Source of the DNA: Oscillospiraceae bacterium
GTDB taxonomy: Bacteria; Bacillota; Clostridia; Saccharofermentanales; Saccharofermentanaceae
Assembly: GCA_902780785.1 (NCBI GenBank)
Contig: CACZGS010000010.1
Coordinates: forward strand, 44,363 to 108,362
Reading direction: 5' to 3'
Length of the DNA stretch: 64,000 nt
Below the pieces are notes generated by a model. That model was not told the origin of the DNA and made no database searches. It saw nothing but the letters and a program-made list of their open reading frames with translations. Below are positions 17,561 through 26,700 of this stretch, one piece after another; within the stretch, counting starts at the first letter, position 1; each line of letters begins with the position of its first letter. A program made the position numbers and the translations under genes.

Positions 17561-19417
17561 TTATACATCCTTTACCATGCTGAGGATCGCGGGGCGTATC
17601 CAGCGGTAATCGTTCTGATCGTAGTAGGTGCAGCATTCGTTTGTAAAATCGACTCTTATGATATCTCCTGAAGCATCCTTAAAATCGATGTATTCGACTT
17701 CATTGACCGCTACGGGTGTTATCAGATCGTCAGTCTTGATCTTCTTTGTCTCATCTGTGACCTTTCCGTCTCTTACGATCTTACCTTCCATGTCTCTTGC
17801 TGCTCTGAAAGTCGTTGACCATTCGAACTGACTGTAATTGTCAGCAGGGATCGCAAGTCCGTTCTTTGCTACCTTATAGTTTCTCGTGATAAGGAAAGGA
17901 TAATTATTTCCGTAATCCTCATAGCAGGAGAAAGACTTTGTGTCCTTTAATGTCCTAATAAGAAGGTTCTCAACCGTACCAACGTACTTTACCGAATCAT
18001 CAGTCAATTCATAAACATTCAGATCGCAGCCTCCGACAGGCTTTCTGACAGTAGTTACATAGATATATGCTTTGCCGTTTGCCTTAAGAAGATATGCGCT
18101 GCTCAAGGCATAACCGGAATCACCGTACTTTATATTGAGATCAAAGCTCTTTTTGCCGTTTGTGATCCTGAGCATATTATTGCCGAGTGTCTCGACACAC
18201 AATTTTCCATAGCATCCTTCTGCCCAGAAGCATTTGCTGCCGTCATTGAACTTCTCAATATAACCTTCAGACAGGTAATTAACTGAAGCTTTGAACTGGC
18301 TTACTTCAACTAACATGCTGCGGAGGGCCGTATAGATCCAGCGGTAATTGTTCTGATCGTAGTATTTGCAGCATTCATCAGTGAAATCCACTCTGATGGT
18401 GTTTTTATTGGCATCCTTGAGATCAATGTATTCAACTTCGTTGAGCCATGTGGGAGTAACACTTTCACCGGCCTTGATCGTCATCTTGGTATTTGTCTTT
18501 TTGCCGTTTGATACGAGATATCCTGACAGATCCCTGGCTGCGACAACCCTTACAGATCCGATATAGCTCATATTGTCTGCAGGTACGGGGAGTCCGTCTT
18601 TGCCGATCTTAAACTGCCTTTCGCTGCAGAACATTGCGCCGTCTGCATCGTATCCCTTGAAATTCTTCGTGTTGTCTATAGAAGGAGATACCGTGAAGTT
18701 TGTAAGGACAGTCATGCATGAGATGGAGTTCTCTTTTATCTCATATATATTTGTTTCGTTGTTGTTATTGCCGCGTACAACATCTACATAAAGATATGTC
18801 TTGTCGTTTTCCTTGATCAGATATGCGTAGGATACTCTTTCTGAACTGATACTGACCTGCCATAACTTGTTTCCTTCTGTCTCATAGCGGAGCGTGCCTG
18901 CGTTTACCGTGAAAGATACTTCGCCGTAATCACCTGATACCTTGTACTCTTTAACGTTGTCCTTGATATCAAAATGAATTACTGTTCCGTTCTTGATCTT
19001 CGAAAAGTCCCTCTTCTTACTGTCGTTTACCGGTACGGGAGTTGCTGTCGCCGGTGCCTTGGTAGGAGCTGCTGTTGTCTCTGCTGCAGTAGGTTCGGTA
19101 ACTTCGGGCTCTTCCGTTTCCTTGCTCTCTTCAGGTACGGATACTGAAGGTGTTATATCCGTATCAAAATCATCAGCCGGTAATTGGATAGCAGGATCTG
19201 TAATTACGTCTGCATTTACGCCCTGCTGATTGATCGATATACCCGAAGCCAGCGCTTCGTCATTGATCACTACTGTTCCTACAGGAGTTCCGTCTGCCAT
19301 CTTGATCTCTGCCGTGCAGCCGGAAGCCGTAACTGCGAGTGCGCCTGTAAGGATAACCGTTGCAAGTGCCGATCCTGTAATTCTGCCTCTCTTAATAGGG
19401 TTTGCTATAAACTTCAT
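17561..19417 (-). CDS. Lipoprotein L1 with two tandem copies of an unassigned ~230-aa domain (paralog of L2 and of the BlaR1-like sensor domain)
   Basis: I set the start at ATG 19417 (MKFIANPIKRGRITGS...) behind GGAGG. Signal peptide with lipobox VTASGC. Two repeats end ...EVEYIDLKDANKNTIRVDFTDECCKYYDQNNYRWIYTALRSM and ...EVEYIDFKDASGDIIRVDFTNECCTYYDQNDYRWIRPAILSM. Confidence 0.85.
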   Translation of the reverse strand: MKFIANPIKRGRITGSALATVILTGALAVTASGCTAEIKMADGTPVGTVVINDEALASGISINQQGVNADVITDPAIQLPADDFDTDITPSVSVPEESKETEEPEVTEPTAAETTAAPTKAPATATPVPVNDSKKRDFSKIKNGTVIHFDIKDNVKEYKVSGDYGEVSFTVNAGTLRYETEGNKLWQVSISSERVSYAYLIKENDKTYLYVDVVRGNNNNETNIYEIKENSISCMTVLTNFTVSPSIDNTKNFKGYDADGAMFCSERQFKIGKDGLPVPADNMSYIGSVRVVAARDLSGYLVSNGKKTNTKMTIKAGESVTPTWLNEVEYIDLKDANKNTIRVDFTDECCKYYDQNNYRWIYTALRSMLVEVSQFKASVNYLSEGYIEKFNDGSKCFWAEGCYGKLCVETLGNNMLRITNGKKSFDLNIKYGDSGYALSSAYLLKANGKAYIYVTTVRKPVGGCDLNVYELTDDSVKYVGTVENLLIRTLKDTKSFSCYEDYGNNYPFLITRNYKVAKNGLAIPADNYSQFEWSTTFRAARDMEGKIVRDGKVTDETKKIKTDDLITPVAVNEVEYIDFKDASGDIIRVDFTNECCTYYDQNDYRWIRPAILSMVKDV

Positions 19418-19547
19418 TTTTAATTTCCTCCGTATGATAACAGTTGTTCTACAGGCGTAGATTCTACAAACGTAGAACAACCTTACGAGCGTCATTCTAC
19501 ATTTGTAGAAAACGGATGTCAATAGTTTTTTCTACATTTGTAGAATT
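19379..19547 (-). repeat. Copy 1 of a near-identical ~170-bp promoter/leader/signal-peptide cassette (partner at 29597-29765)
   Basis: Base-by-base comparison with 29597-29765 shows 2 mismatches (CTACAGGCG versus CTATAGACG). Identity falls to about 75-85 percent further into the coding region, down to about 19230 and 29447. Confidence 0.9.
19462..19545 (-). promoter_or_regulatory. L1 promoter with three BlaI/MecI/CopY-type operators
   Basis: The minus strand reads TTCTACAAATGTAGAA-N7-TTGACA-17 nt-TAGAAT. Operators lie at 19530-19545 (upstream of -35), 19495-19510 (overlapping the spacer and -10) and 19462-19477 (in the leader). Each is a perfect 16-bp palindrome with a TACAnnnnTGTA core. Confidence 0.75.
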
Positions 19548-19564
19548 TATTTAAAACCCGGGAA

Positions 19565-19597
19565 TCAAAAAGGCGCTGCCTTTTGGAGCAACGCCTA
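19565..19597 (-). terminator. Terminator after the pilus operon
   Basis: The minus-strand hairpin AGGCGTTGC...GCAGCGCCT is followed by TTTTTG. Confidence 0.6.
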
Positions 19598-19621
19598 ACT
19601 GAGTCTATATAACCGTCGGTA

Positions 19622-20239
19622 TCAAGCTTTTCTGCATCTGACTGTAAGACGGCTTTTACCGCCATAGGTACAGGTATAAAGCGAGAGATCCCAGTCACCC
19701 GTTATCATCTCTTCAACAGCCGTGCCGTCCAGCACTTCTATTACTTCCACGATATATCTCGTTACCCTTCCGTTCATGTCGGTAAAGAACACCTTGTCTC
19801 CGGGAGACAGCTTCTTCAGTTTCCCGAACCCGCTTTTGTAATTGTGTCCTGCAATCACCAGATCATCAGTATATGGAGATCCGTAGTAACGGCATGCCGA
19901 CTTTCTGAGATAGTCATCATTCCATGTATCAAAGACCGCCATTTCAAGTTCGATTGCGGGGACGGTAAGATATCCGTCATAAGGGCAGTCATCGATCACT
20001 GCAACTTCCAGTTCAGAATCATAAAGAGCAGGAGACCTGCTGCCGTCCGTGTCGTTTACGGGATCATCTGCGGTCCTTTGCGAGATCTCAGCCTTAATAT
20101 CTTCTACGATCATCCCCGTTTCTTTCTTCAGATTGTTGCTGAGCACCATGTTTGTAACAATAAGAATAACAGCTCCGCCTATAAGGACAGAGCCGGTTAT
20201 AAGAAATATGTTTCCGATTGTACGGTGCTTATTTTTCAT
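19622..20239 (-). CDS. Small sortase (single N-terminal TM; housekeeping/class-D-like) at the end of the pilus operon
   Basis: 205 aa with the catalytic triad context IAGHNY (His), LYTCTYGG (Cys) and RLTVRC (Arg). It overlaps the upstream gene by 11 nt. Confidence 0.85.
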   Translation of the reverse strand: MKNKHRTIGNIFLITGSVLIGGAVILIVTNMVLSNNLKKETGMIVEDIKAEISQRTADDPVNDTDGSRSPALYDSELEVAVIDDCPYDGYLTVPAIELEMAVFDTWNDDYLRKSACRYYGSPYTDDLVIAGHNYKSGFGKLKKLSPGDKVFFTDMNGRVTRYIVEVIEVLDGTAVEEMITGDWDLSLYTCTYGGKSRLTVRCRKA

Positions 20240-21131
20240 CTGCTTTTCTGCCGGTCAGCCTGATCACTATTCCTGCACTCACCAGGAACGAACCGGAAAA
20301 CAGGAGTACCGGAACAGGCCAGTCGATCTGTCCCGTCTGGATGAGTTTCTCTGTATTTGTCACCGTAAATTCGTATCCTTCGGAAGAATATGTTGCCGTA
20401 TAGTTCTTTGGAATATCTGTCTCTTCGACAGACCACTTTTTGCTTGCATCAAGCTTTTCCCATGTATGCTTCCATGAGTTTTGTCCGCTGAGCCTTACCG
20501 TATCATAGATGCCGTCTTCATTAATAAGCCTTACACTTACATAGTCAGGCCGGTTCAGGCCGTTATCGTTCCAGATTTTTTTAACAGAGACATCAACAGG
20601 CGGCAGATATTCGATCTTGGGCTCGGCAACGCCGTCATATATCCAGACCAGTGAATCGTAATCATAGTGCGGAAGGAAATAAAGGAAAGGAACAAAAGAT
20701 GTAAATCCTTCCGGAAGGCTTTTAGCCGTTATCAGATACACTCCTGCCGTAAGCCCGTCGAAAACAACACCGCCATCTTCACCGGATCTTTCAGAGATAC
20801 CGGTGATGTTATTGTTTCCGGCATATTTGACGAGATCGTCCACCATCGACTGGGTAATGTTGTCATCAAGATCCAGTCTTGTCTCGGCAAAATCATCGTC
20901 GAGCACATAATCGATCCCTCTGGATGTAAATGTGGCTTTTGCAATAAGATAAGCCGTTACTTCGGCACCTGCAGCGGTCCTGCCGTTCTCACCGGGTGTC
21001 TTAAGAGTCATTGAAAGGCTTAAGTTTCTGCCGGGATCAGGCTTTTCAGCAGCGAGTACTCTTGCAGGGAAAAAGAAAAGAATCGCAGTCAATAATAGAG
21101 CTGCCCAGGCAGTTTTATTTTTTCTTGCCAT
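20229..21131 (-). CDS. Cna-B-domain minor/basal pilin with a non-canonical sorting signal (LIQTG)
   Basis: 300 aa with a signal peptide (...ARVLAAEK) and a Cna-B-like module VSVKKIWNDNGLNRPDYVSVRLI. The C-terminus reads KLIQTGQIDWPVPVLLFSGSFLVSAGIVIRLTGRK (motif, hydrophobic stretch, basic tail). Confidence 0.8.
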   Translation of the reverse strand: MARKNKTAWAALLLTAILFFFPARVLAAEKPDPGRNLSLSMTLKTPGENGRTAAGAEVTAYLIAKATFTSRGIDYVLDDDFAETRLDLDDNITQSMVDDLVKYAGNNNITGISERSGEDGGVVFDGLTAGVYLITAKSLPEGFTSFVPFLYFLPHYDYDSLVWIYDGVAEPKIEYLPPVDVSVKKIWNDNGLNRPDYVSVRLINEDGIYDTVRLSGQNSWKHTWEKLDASKKWSVEETDIPKNYTATYSSEGYEFTVTNTEKLIQTGQIDWPVPVLLFSGSFLVSAGIVIRLTGRKADEK

Positions 21132-21942
21132 GTTCTTTCCTCCTTTCTGCGATGAACGTGATCACCACTATCGCAATAAATGCCGGCACGGCCATAACAG
21201 TCGCCACAGTAATACTGTTTACCTTAAATGCCTCGCCTGACACGAATATGCCGGGTGAGCTTTTCGCGCTTCCCACTCTGACGCCTCTTACAAGCAGACG
21301 GTGGGTATTGATACCGTAAGGTGTGCAGGTGACAAGTGTGCAGTAATCCTTGCCGTCATCAATGGTCAGATTAGATACATCCTCCGGAAGCACCGTCCTG
21401 ATCTGATCGACTTCGTAAGTCAATACCCTGTCAAGCACGGTGATCCTGAACCTGTCTCCCACTTCCATCTTATCCAGATCCGTAAAGAGCCTTGCCGACG
21501 GAAGACCTCTGTGACCGGACAGGACACAGTGTGTTCCCGGGCCTCCGACCGGAAGCGAAGAGCCTTCGATATGGCCTACGCCTATCTGAAGTACTCCGTC
21601 ATCGACTCCGTGATAGACCGGGAGTTCGACTCCGATCTTATCTATGTCGATATAGCCCATTATTCCGGTGCCGGTTATATTGAGTGTATCGTTATATCCC
21701 GTTACTCCTGACGGATTGAAAAACGAAGCCCTGCCTTCCCTTAAATATTCATTGTACTGTTCGGCAGAAACTATCATCTGCTCGCGCCTTTCTATGTCTG
21801 TGTTGACATAGACCTCGTTGTACCTGGATATTTCGGCCGCAGAATGCTTTGAGTTGATAAAATCGCTGACGGTAGGATAAAGGAGCAGTCCAAGGCCTCC
21901 CGCGATCAGTACAACTATCAAAACATTAAGCAGCTTATTCAT
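21115..21942 (-). CDS. srtC: Class C (pilin-polymerising) sortase
   Basis: 275 aa with N- and C-terminal TM segments. Motifs: VLSGHRGLP (His), TLVTCTPYGINTHRLLVRG (Cys/Arg). Confidence 0.9.
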   Translation of the reverse strand: MNKLLNVLIVVLIAGGLGLLLYPTVSDFINSKHSAAEISRYNEVYVNTDIERREQMIVSAEQYNEYLREGRASFFNPSGVTGYNDTLNITGTGIMGYIDIDKIGVELPVYHGVDDGVLQIGVGHIEGSSLPVGGPGTHCVLSGHRGLPSARLFTDLDKMEVGDRFRITVLDRVLTYEVDQIRTVLPEDVSNLTIDDGKDYCTLVTCTPYGINTHRLLVRGVRVGSAKSSPGIFVSGEAFKVNSITVATVMAVPAFIAIVVITFIAERRKEHGKKK

Positions 21943-21954
21943 ATTCCAAGTTTA

Positions 21955-23697
21955 TTATGCGTTATCAGATCCGGTCTTCTTCTTTATTACGACCAGAGCT
22001 GCACCGGCTGCGAGAAGAGCAGCACCTGCGGCATAGAAACCAACTGTACCGATGCCGCCCGTCTCAGGAAGAGATGAGGTCTTCTTGTTTACGACTTCAA
22101 GGACCACATACTGATCTCCCTGGGCTACTGTTGTGTCAGTGCCGTCGATCTTGTATGTCCATACAGGCTTCTTGTTCGTGCTGTCATAAGCAAATGTGAT
22201 CTCAAGACTGTGAGGTGTCTTGTCTAATGTATAACCGTCAGGTGCCTTAGTCTCCTTGATGGTATAAGTTCCGGCTCCAAGTCCCGTAAGAACAAGCTCA
22301 CCGTTATCATCTACTTCGATAGTTGTATCCGTAGCATCGATATTCTCGACAATAACGCTGTCCCTTTCGACGGGAACATATTTTGTATCTGTCGAATCAT
22401 ACTTATTCTGCGTCTGAGCCGTAGGTGCCGTATCGGTATATGTGCCATCCTTTAACTTGTAGAAAGTACCTGTTGCGCTTACTTCATACTCTGTCTTGGT
22501 TACGATGACCTGCTTGCTCTGAGTTCCTTCAACATGGAATTCTGCTCCGACAAGGGGATTTCCATCCTTATCGATCTTCTTAACCTTGGCACCTGTAGTG
22601 TAAGTTACTGTCTGAATGTCAGGAGACTTACCCGTAACATCACCGTTGCCGGGTTTGTCGCTGGTATATGTGTGTGAAGGGTCATTTGAATAAGTAAGGC
22701 CGGCAGTATTGGGGTTGCCTGCATCAGTTGTTACAGCCTTCTCATTTAGCTTTGCCTTATATGTAACAGTTATATCCTCACCGATATAATCTGTATCCGT
22801 ACCATAATCAAGGAAATCCTTAAATACGATCTCAATGGAATTGGTTGCCGAATCGAATGTGAAATCATAATCACCGGCAGTTAATGTCTTAGAGCCGACC
22901 GTGATAACAGGCTTGTTGTCTGTTGCACTTGTTCCGATGTAATCAAAACCTTCGCTCAAAGTATCGTTCATTACGAAGCAATACTTGTTATAACCCTTAT
23001 CAGTCAGGTCAGGAACCGTAGAAGAGAGCTTAAATGTGATCTCATCGCCTACGCTTGCCTCGTTGTACTTCTGCTCATTGCCTTCGACTACGATATTCTT
23101 ATCCAAAGAAGGTACTACTTCCTTGGTGTTGATCGTAAGGTTTGTTGCCTGGTTTACGACCATGAGCATAAATTTGGACTCTGCACCGTCAACTACGGGC
23201 GAGGATGTTATCTCGTCTTTTACAAGGTAGTATCCGAACCCGGAAGCAAGAGTTACATCTTTCTGTGTATCGGATGCACCAAGCTCTGCTGTCGTAACAC
23301 TTGGATCAGATGATGCGACCGTCTTTCCTGCAATGAATGTCGCGAATCTGTCAACGAGTTCTGTGTCGTTATTGGTGTTAGCTTCCTCCAATACTTCAAG
23401 AAGAGCGTTAAGATCATCGCAGCTGTCAAATCCGTCAACAGCCTTAAGAGCTGTATAGAAAGCCGCATCAGGCTCAGTTACGCCTTCGCCCCATTCAATG
23501 TCATAAAGATCATCATTATCATCAACTTTTACGGAGAAGATCTGATAGAACTCATAACTATGGGCAGACTTATCATTGCTGTCACTCTTTTTGATCGTTA
23601 CTTTGGGATTCTCAGCGGCAAGCGCCATGGTTCCGATCATCATTACCATGACTGTTGCTACGATCGCTGATATCGTTTTTTTCATCAGTTTCATCAT
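21955..23697 (-). CDS. Major (backbone) pilin, LPXTG-anchored
   Basis: I set the start at ATG 23697 (MMKLMKKTISAIV...). Features: pilin-motif-like VVPSLDKN, E-box-like YTIKETKAPDGY, sorting signal LPETGG followed by a hydrophobic stretch and KKKTG. Confidence 0.85.
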   Translation of the reverse strand: MMKLMKKTISAIVATVMVMMIGTMALAAENPKVTIKKSDSNDKSAHSYEFYQIFSVKVDDNDDLYDIEWGEGVTEPDAAFYTALKAVDGFDSCDDLNALLEVLEEANTNNDTELVDRFATFIAGKTVASSDPSVTTAELGASDTQKDVTLASGFGYYLVKDEITSSPVVDGAESKFMLMVVNQATNLTINTKEVVPSLDKNIVVEGNEQKYNEASVGDEITFKLSSTVPDLTDKGYNKYCFVMNDTLSEGFDYIGTSATDNKPVITVGSKTLTAGDYDFTFDSATNSIEIVFKDFLDYGTDTDYIGEDITVTYKAKLNEKAVTTDAGNPNTAGLTYSNDPSHTYTSDKPGNGDVTGKSPDIQTVTYTTGAKVKKIDKDGNPLVGAEFHVEGTQSKQVIVTKTEYEVSATGTFYKLKDGTYTDTAPTAQTQNKYDSTDTKYVPVERDSVIVENIDATDTTIEVDDNGELVLTGLGAGTYTIKETKAPDGYTLDKTPHSLEITFAYDSTNKKPVWTYKIDGTDTTVAQGDQYVVLEVVNKKTSSLPETGGIGTVGFYAAGAALLAAGAALVVIKKKTGSDNA

Positions 23698-23744
23698 TTT
23701 GTTGTTCCTTTCATTTATAATTTTTCTTTTTTTGATTTCATAAT

Positions 23745-26700
23745 TCATTTCGCATATCCGCCTCCTTCGCACCGCCTTTTAATCAGCAGGATAAGTGCGC
23801 CTCCGATCATGAGCGTTCCTGCGGCTATGAACGGAGCTATGCCCGGCCCGCCTGTATTTGGCAGGCTGAAGATAACACTGTTTGTAAACTTAAATGTGTA
23901 GTTGTTGTTAAACTCCTTAACATCAGCCATGAGCATGCCGCCGGTGTTGGGGATCTCCGTTACTTCCACCGTGACATCGTATACGGAGTTGTCGTATCTG
24001 ATTCCCGCCTGGTGATCATCTTTTTCTCTGATATAGAATCTATATATTCCGGGATGATTGAACTGGAGCCTCTCGAAAAGCACCTTTCCCTCTGCGTTAT
24101 TTACTTCAGTGACTACCTTATCAGTATTCCTGTCCACGAGCTCGAAAGTGAAATCCCCGCCACGGAGGACACCGTTTGTAAGTTCCTTCGTAGCACCAAA
24201 CTGCACCGATGCAGTATTGGCATGAACTGTAAAGTCAAGGCCGGAATGGTTAGGACACTTGTTATATGCATCGATTACATATCTCTTATCAAGTTTGAAA
24301 ACCTGGCTGTCAATCCTTTCGACGATATCATCAAGCTCTCCGTCCGTAACCGTTACAACACCGTTTACGGTCTTCGTATATTTGCGGTTCGGATAATCAG
24401 GCGTATATACAACAGTCTCCTCAGCCATGATTTCCCACTCGCCTGTTGTACTGTTGTATTTATACTTTTCGATCTTTGTCGGAGCTATCTGAAGACTGAC
24501 ATCGAAAACAACATGATCAGTATCCTTATAACGGAAATGTTTGTTGTTCGTGATATAGTCATCATGATACTTGGAAGTAAGTTCGTACTGGGAATCTCCC
24601 GGGCCGAATCTCGGATCAGACCAGTAATCATCGGAATCAAAGCCGTTGTCCGGAAGAGGCGTGGCATTTGTGATCTGCCAGTTTTGATCAGACTGGGTCT
24701 CGAAGAACGGCGTGGGATTGCCGTTTTCATCATATATCCTGCAGCTGTTAACGCCCGAAACATATGACTGATACTCGGTAACCGTCTTTATCATTCCGGT
24801 ATCATCGCCAAGTTCAAAACTTACGGAAGTATAAACACCGCCGTCTGCGATCTCGATATCCGCATGATCCAATATCTCATAGTAATCAGTATTCTCATTG
24901 TGATAATCGTAATTTACGACTACGTTTATCCTCTTCATTACCCCGTTTTGCGTCCAAAAACTGACCTGCTGGGTATTATTCCCGCTGGTGTAATTTTCAG
25001 CACGGCAGGTAACGCTCCTTACACCGTATGCTTCTTCGCTCTCATTTTCGAAAGCCGAGAGTAAACCTCTGTCCTGACCGCCTTCGATATAAGGCCAGTC
25101 ATAGTCTTCACCGTATCTGTTGGGAGTTCCTTTAAAGACTATCGTGTCACCGTAATTGACATAAACGGTGTCACCGTCATTATGCTGATCAAAATCAATA
25201 ACATCTGTCTCGCTATCTCTTCTGATTACACGGATCGAGAAATCCTGATCGAGATCCGTGTTGCCACGGTATAAAGATACCGCACAGCTTCCGCCGTTGG
25301 GCTGTGAGGAAATACCGGTTATAGTGGCACGTACTTCGGTAGGAGTGGAGCTTGTCTCATTGATACTTACGACTTCGCCCATCCAGTTTAAATTTTCATA
25401 GAACCTGATATGAAGGTTCTCGCCATTGGCATCTGCCGGATCTATCCTGCCTATAAGTTCTAACGTATCTCCTTCCATCAATACATAAGGGAAATTCGGG
25501 GAATTCTTAATAGTGTCACCTGCAAGATCCGTTTCGGGATTTACGTTGACGGCATTATCAAGATATGCGTGAACTTTGTCTTTGTCTTTTTCACCGGTTG
25601 CGGTAACAACATAGATGGAGAATCCGTCAGTGGTAAATGCAGCTTCCGAAGATGAGACCTCAGCTCCTTCCACTACGGAAACCTTCTGGCCATCGATATG
25701 AAGAAGATCATAGGTCTGACCTTCTGGCTGTCTGGATTCAGGGATCTTTATGCTTACATCAACTGTTGTGCCTTCTGCGGGCTCCACTTTATTGCCTTCA
25801 GCATCAAAAAACGAGATATCAACGGCAACCATGCCCTTGATCTCTTTGCCGTCTCTGACAGTCTGCTCTGCAAGGGCCTTTACCTTGCTGTTTGCAATAT
25901 CAGATGCGTTCATTGTCGTTCCTTCCGGGAACGCACCATAAGGTGCTGACGCATTTACGGTTATTCCTGAACCGGTAACCGCTTCAAATTCCAAAGGATT
26001 CTTAACAGGATCTTCCGGTGCATCCGCTCCGTCCTGTACATCATCCGTATTTTCCGTGCTTTCCGTATTCTCTCCGGCATCTTCAGATACGGCGGGCTCC
26101 GTCTCTTCAGTGGTCTCAGTAGTTTCAGCCGGCTCAGTTGTTTCCTCTGTTTCTTCTGCAGGTTCACTCTCATTTGAATCAAGCCTGTTTACGGAAACAT
26201 AACCATAAAGAACCGCATCGGAGATCCGGTAAGACTTAACGGCTACAACGCCGTCTATATCGCCTTCCATAACACTTATGTCGTTGTCATTAATGTTTAT
26301 TATGATGCCTGTTAAGTCGCACTTGCCGTCCCCGTCATTATCAATAAGGATAAGATCTCCCATCTTGGGCATTACGGTAAAGTCCTTAATAAGAAGTCCT
26401 GCTTCGTCAAGTTTTACCTGCCATGCCCAGCAGCCGGAACCGTAAGGGATATCCTTTTCGGAGATCTTTGAATAGTGCAGGCAGAATGAAACGAACATTA
26501 CATTCCAGTCACCCGTGGGATTTCCGTACCATGCACCGTATCTTGTATATCCGTCCGGTTCTTCTTTGTAATCAAGCTGTGAAGAAGCAGTGTTCACGAG
26601 GCTTTGAGCCTTCTTTGCAACAGGTTTGGGGAGCTTTGACTCCCACTCTGACTGACATTCCTTTTTAGAGACTTCAGCAGGCCTGCAGCTGTCAGTATGG

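Noticed and set aside
19418-19522. A 35-aa N-terminal extension (MTSVFYKCRMTLVRLFYVCRIY...) of the L1 ORF, with an identical extension of L2 at 29635-29739.
   Set aside because: The extension is simply the translation of the TTCTACA/TGTAGAA operator array and promoter. A strong GGAGG RBS precedes the internal MKF start, which opens a canonical lipoprotein signal peptide.
24012-24767. Long antisense ORFs inside large genes. Examples: 251 aa at 24012-24767 opposite the tip adhesin, 257 aa at 42435-43208 opposite the ABC exporter, 189 aa at 36192-36761 opposite the MBL/GNAT genes, and 183 aa at 52893-53444.
   Set aside because: These are shadow ORFs on the opposite strand of motif-rich genuine genes. 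Their translations have low complexity and odd composition, and they lack an RBS.
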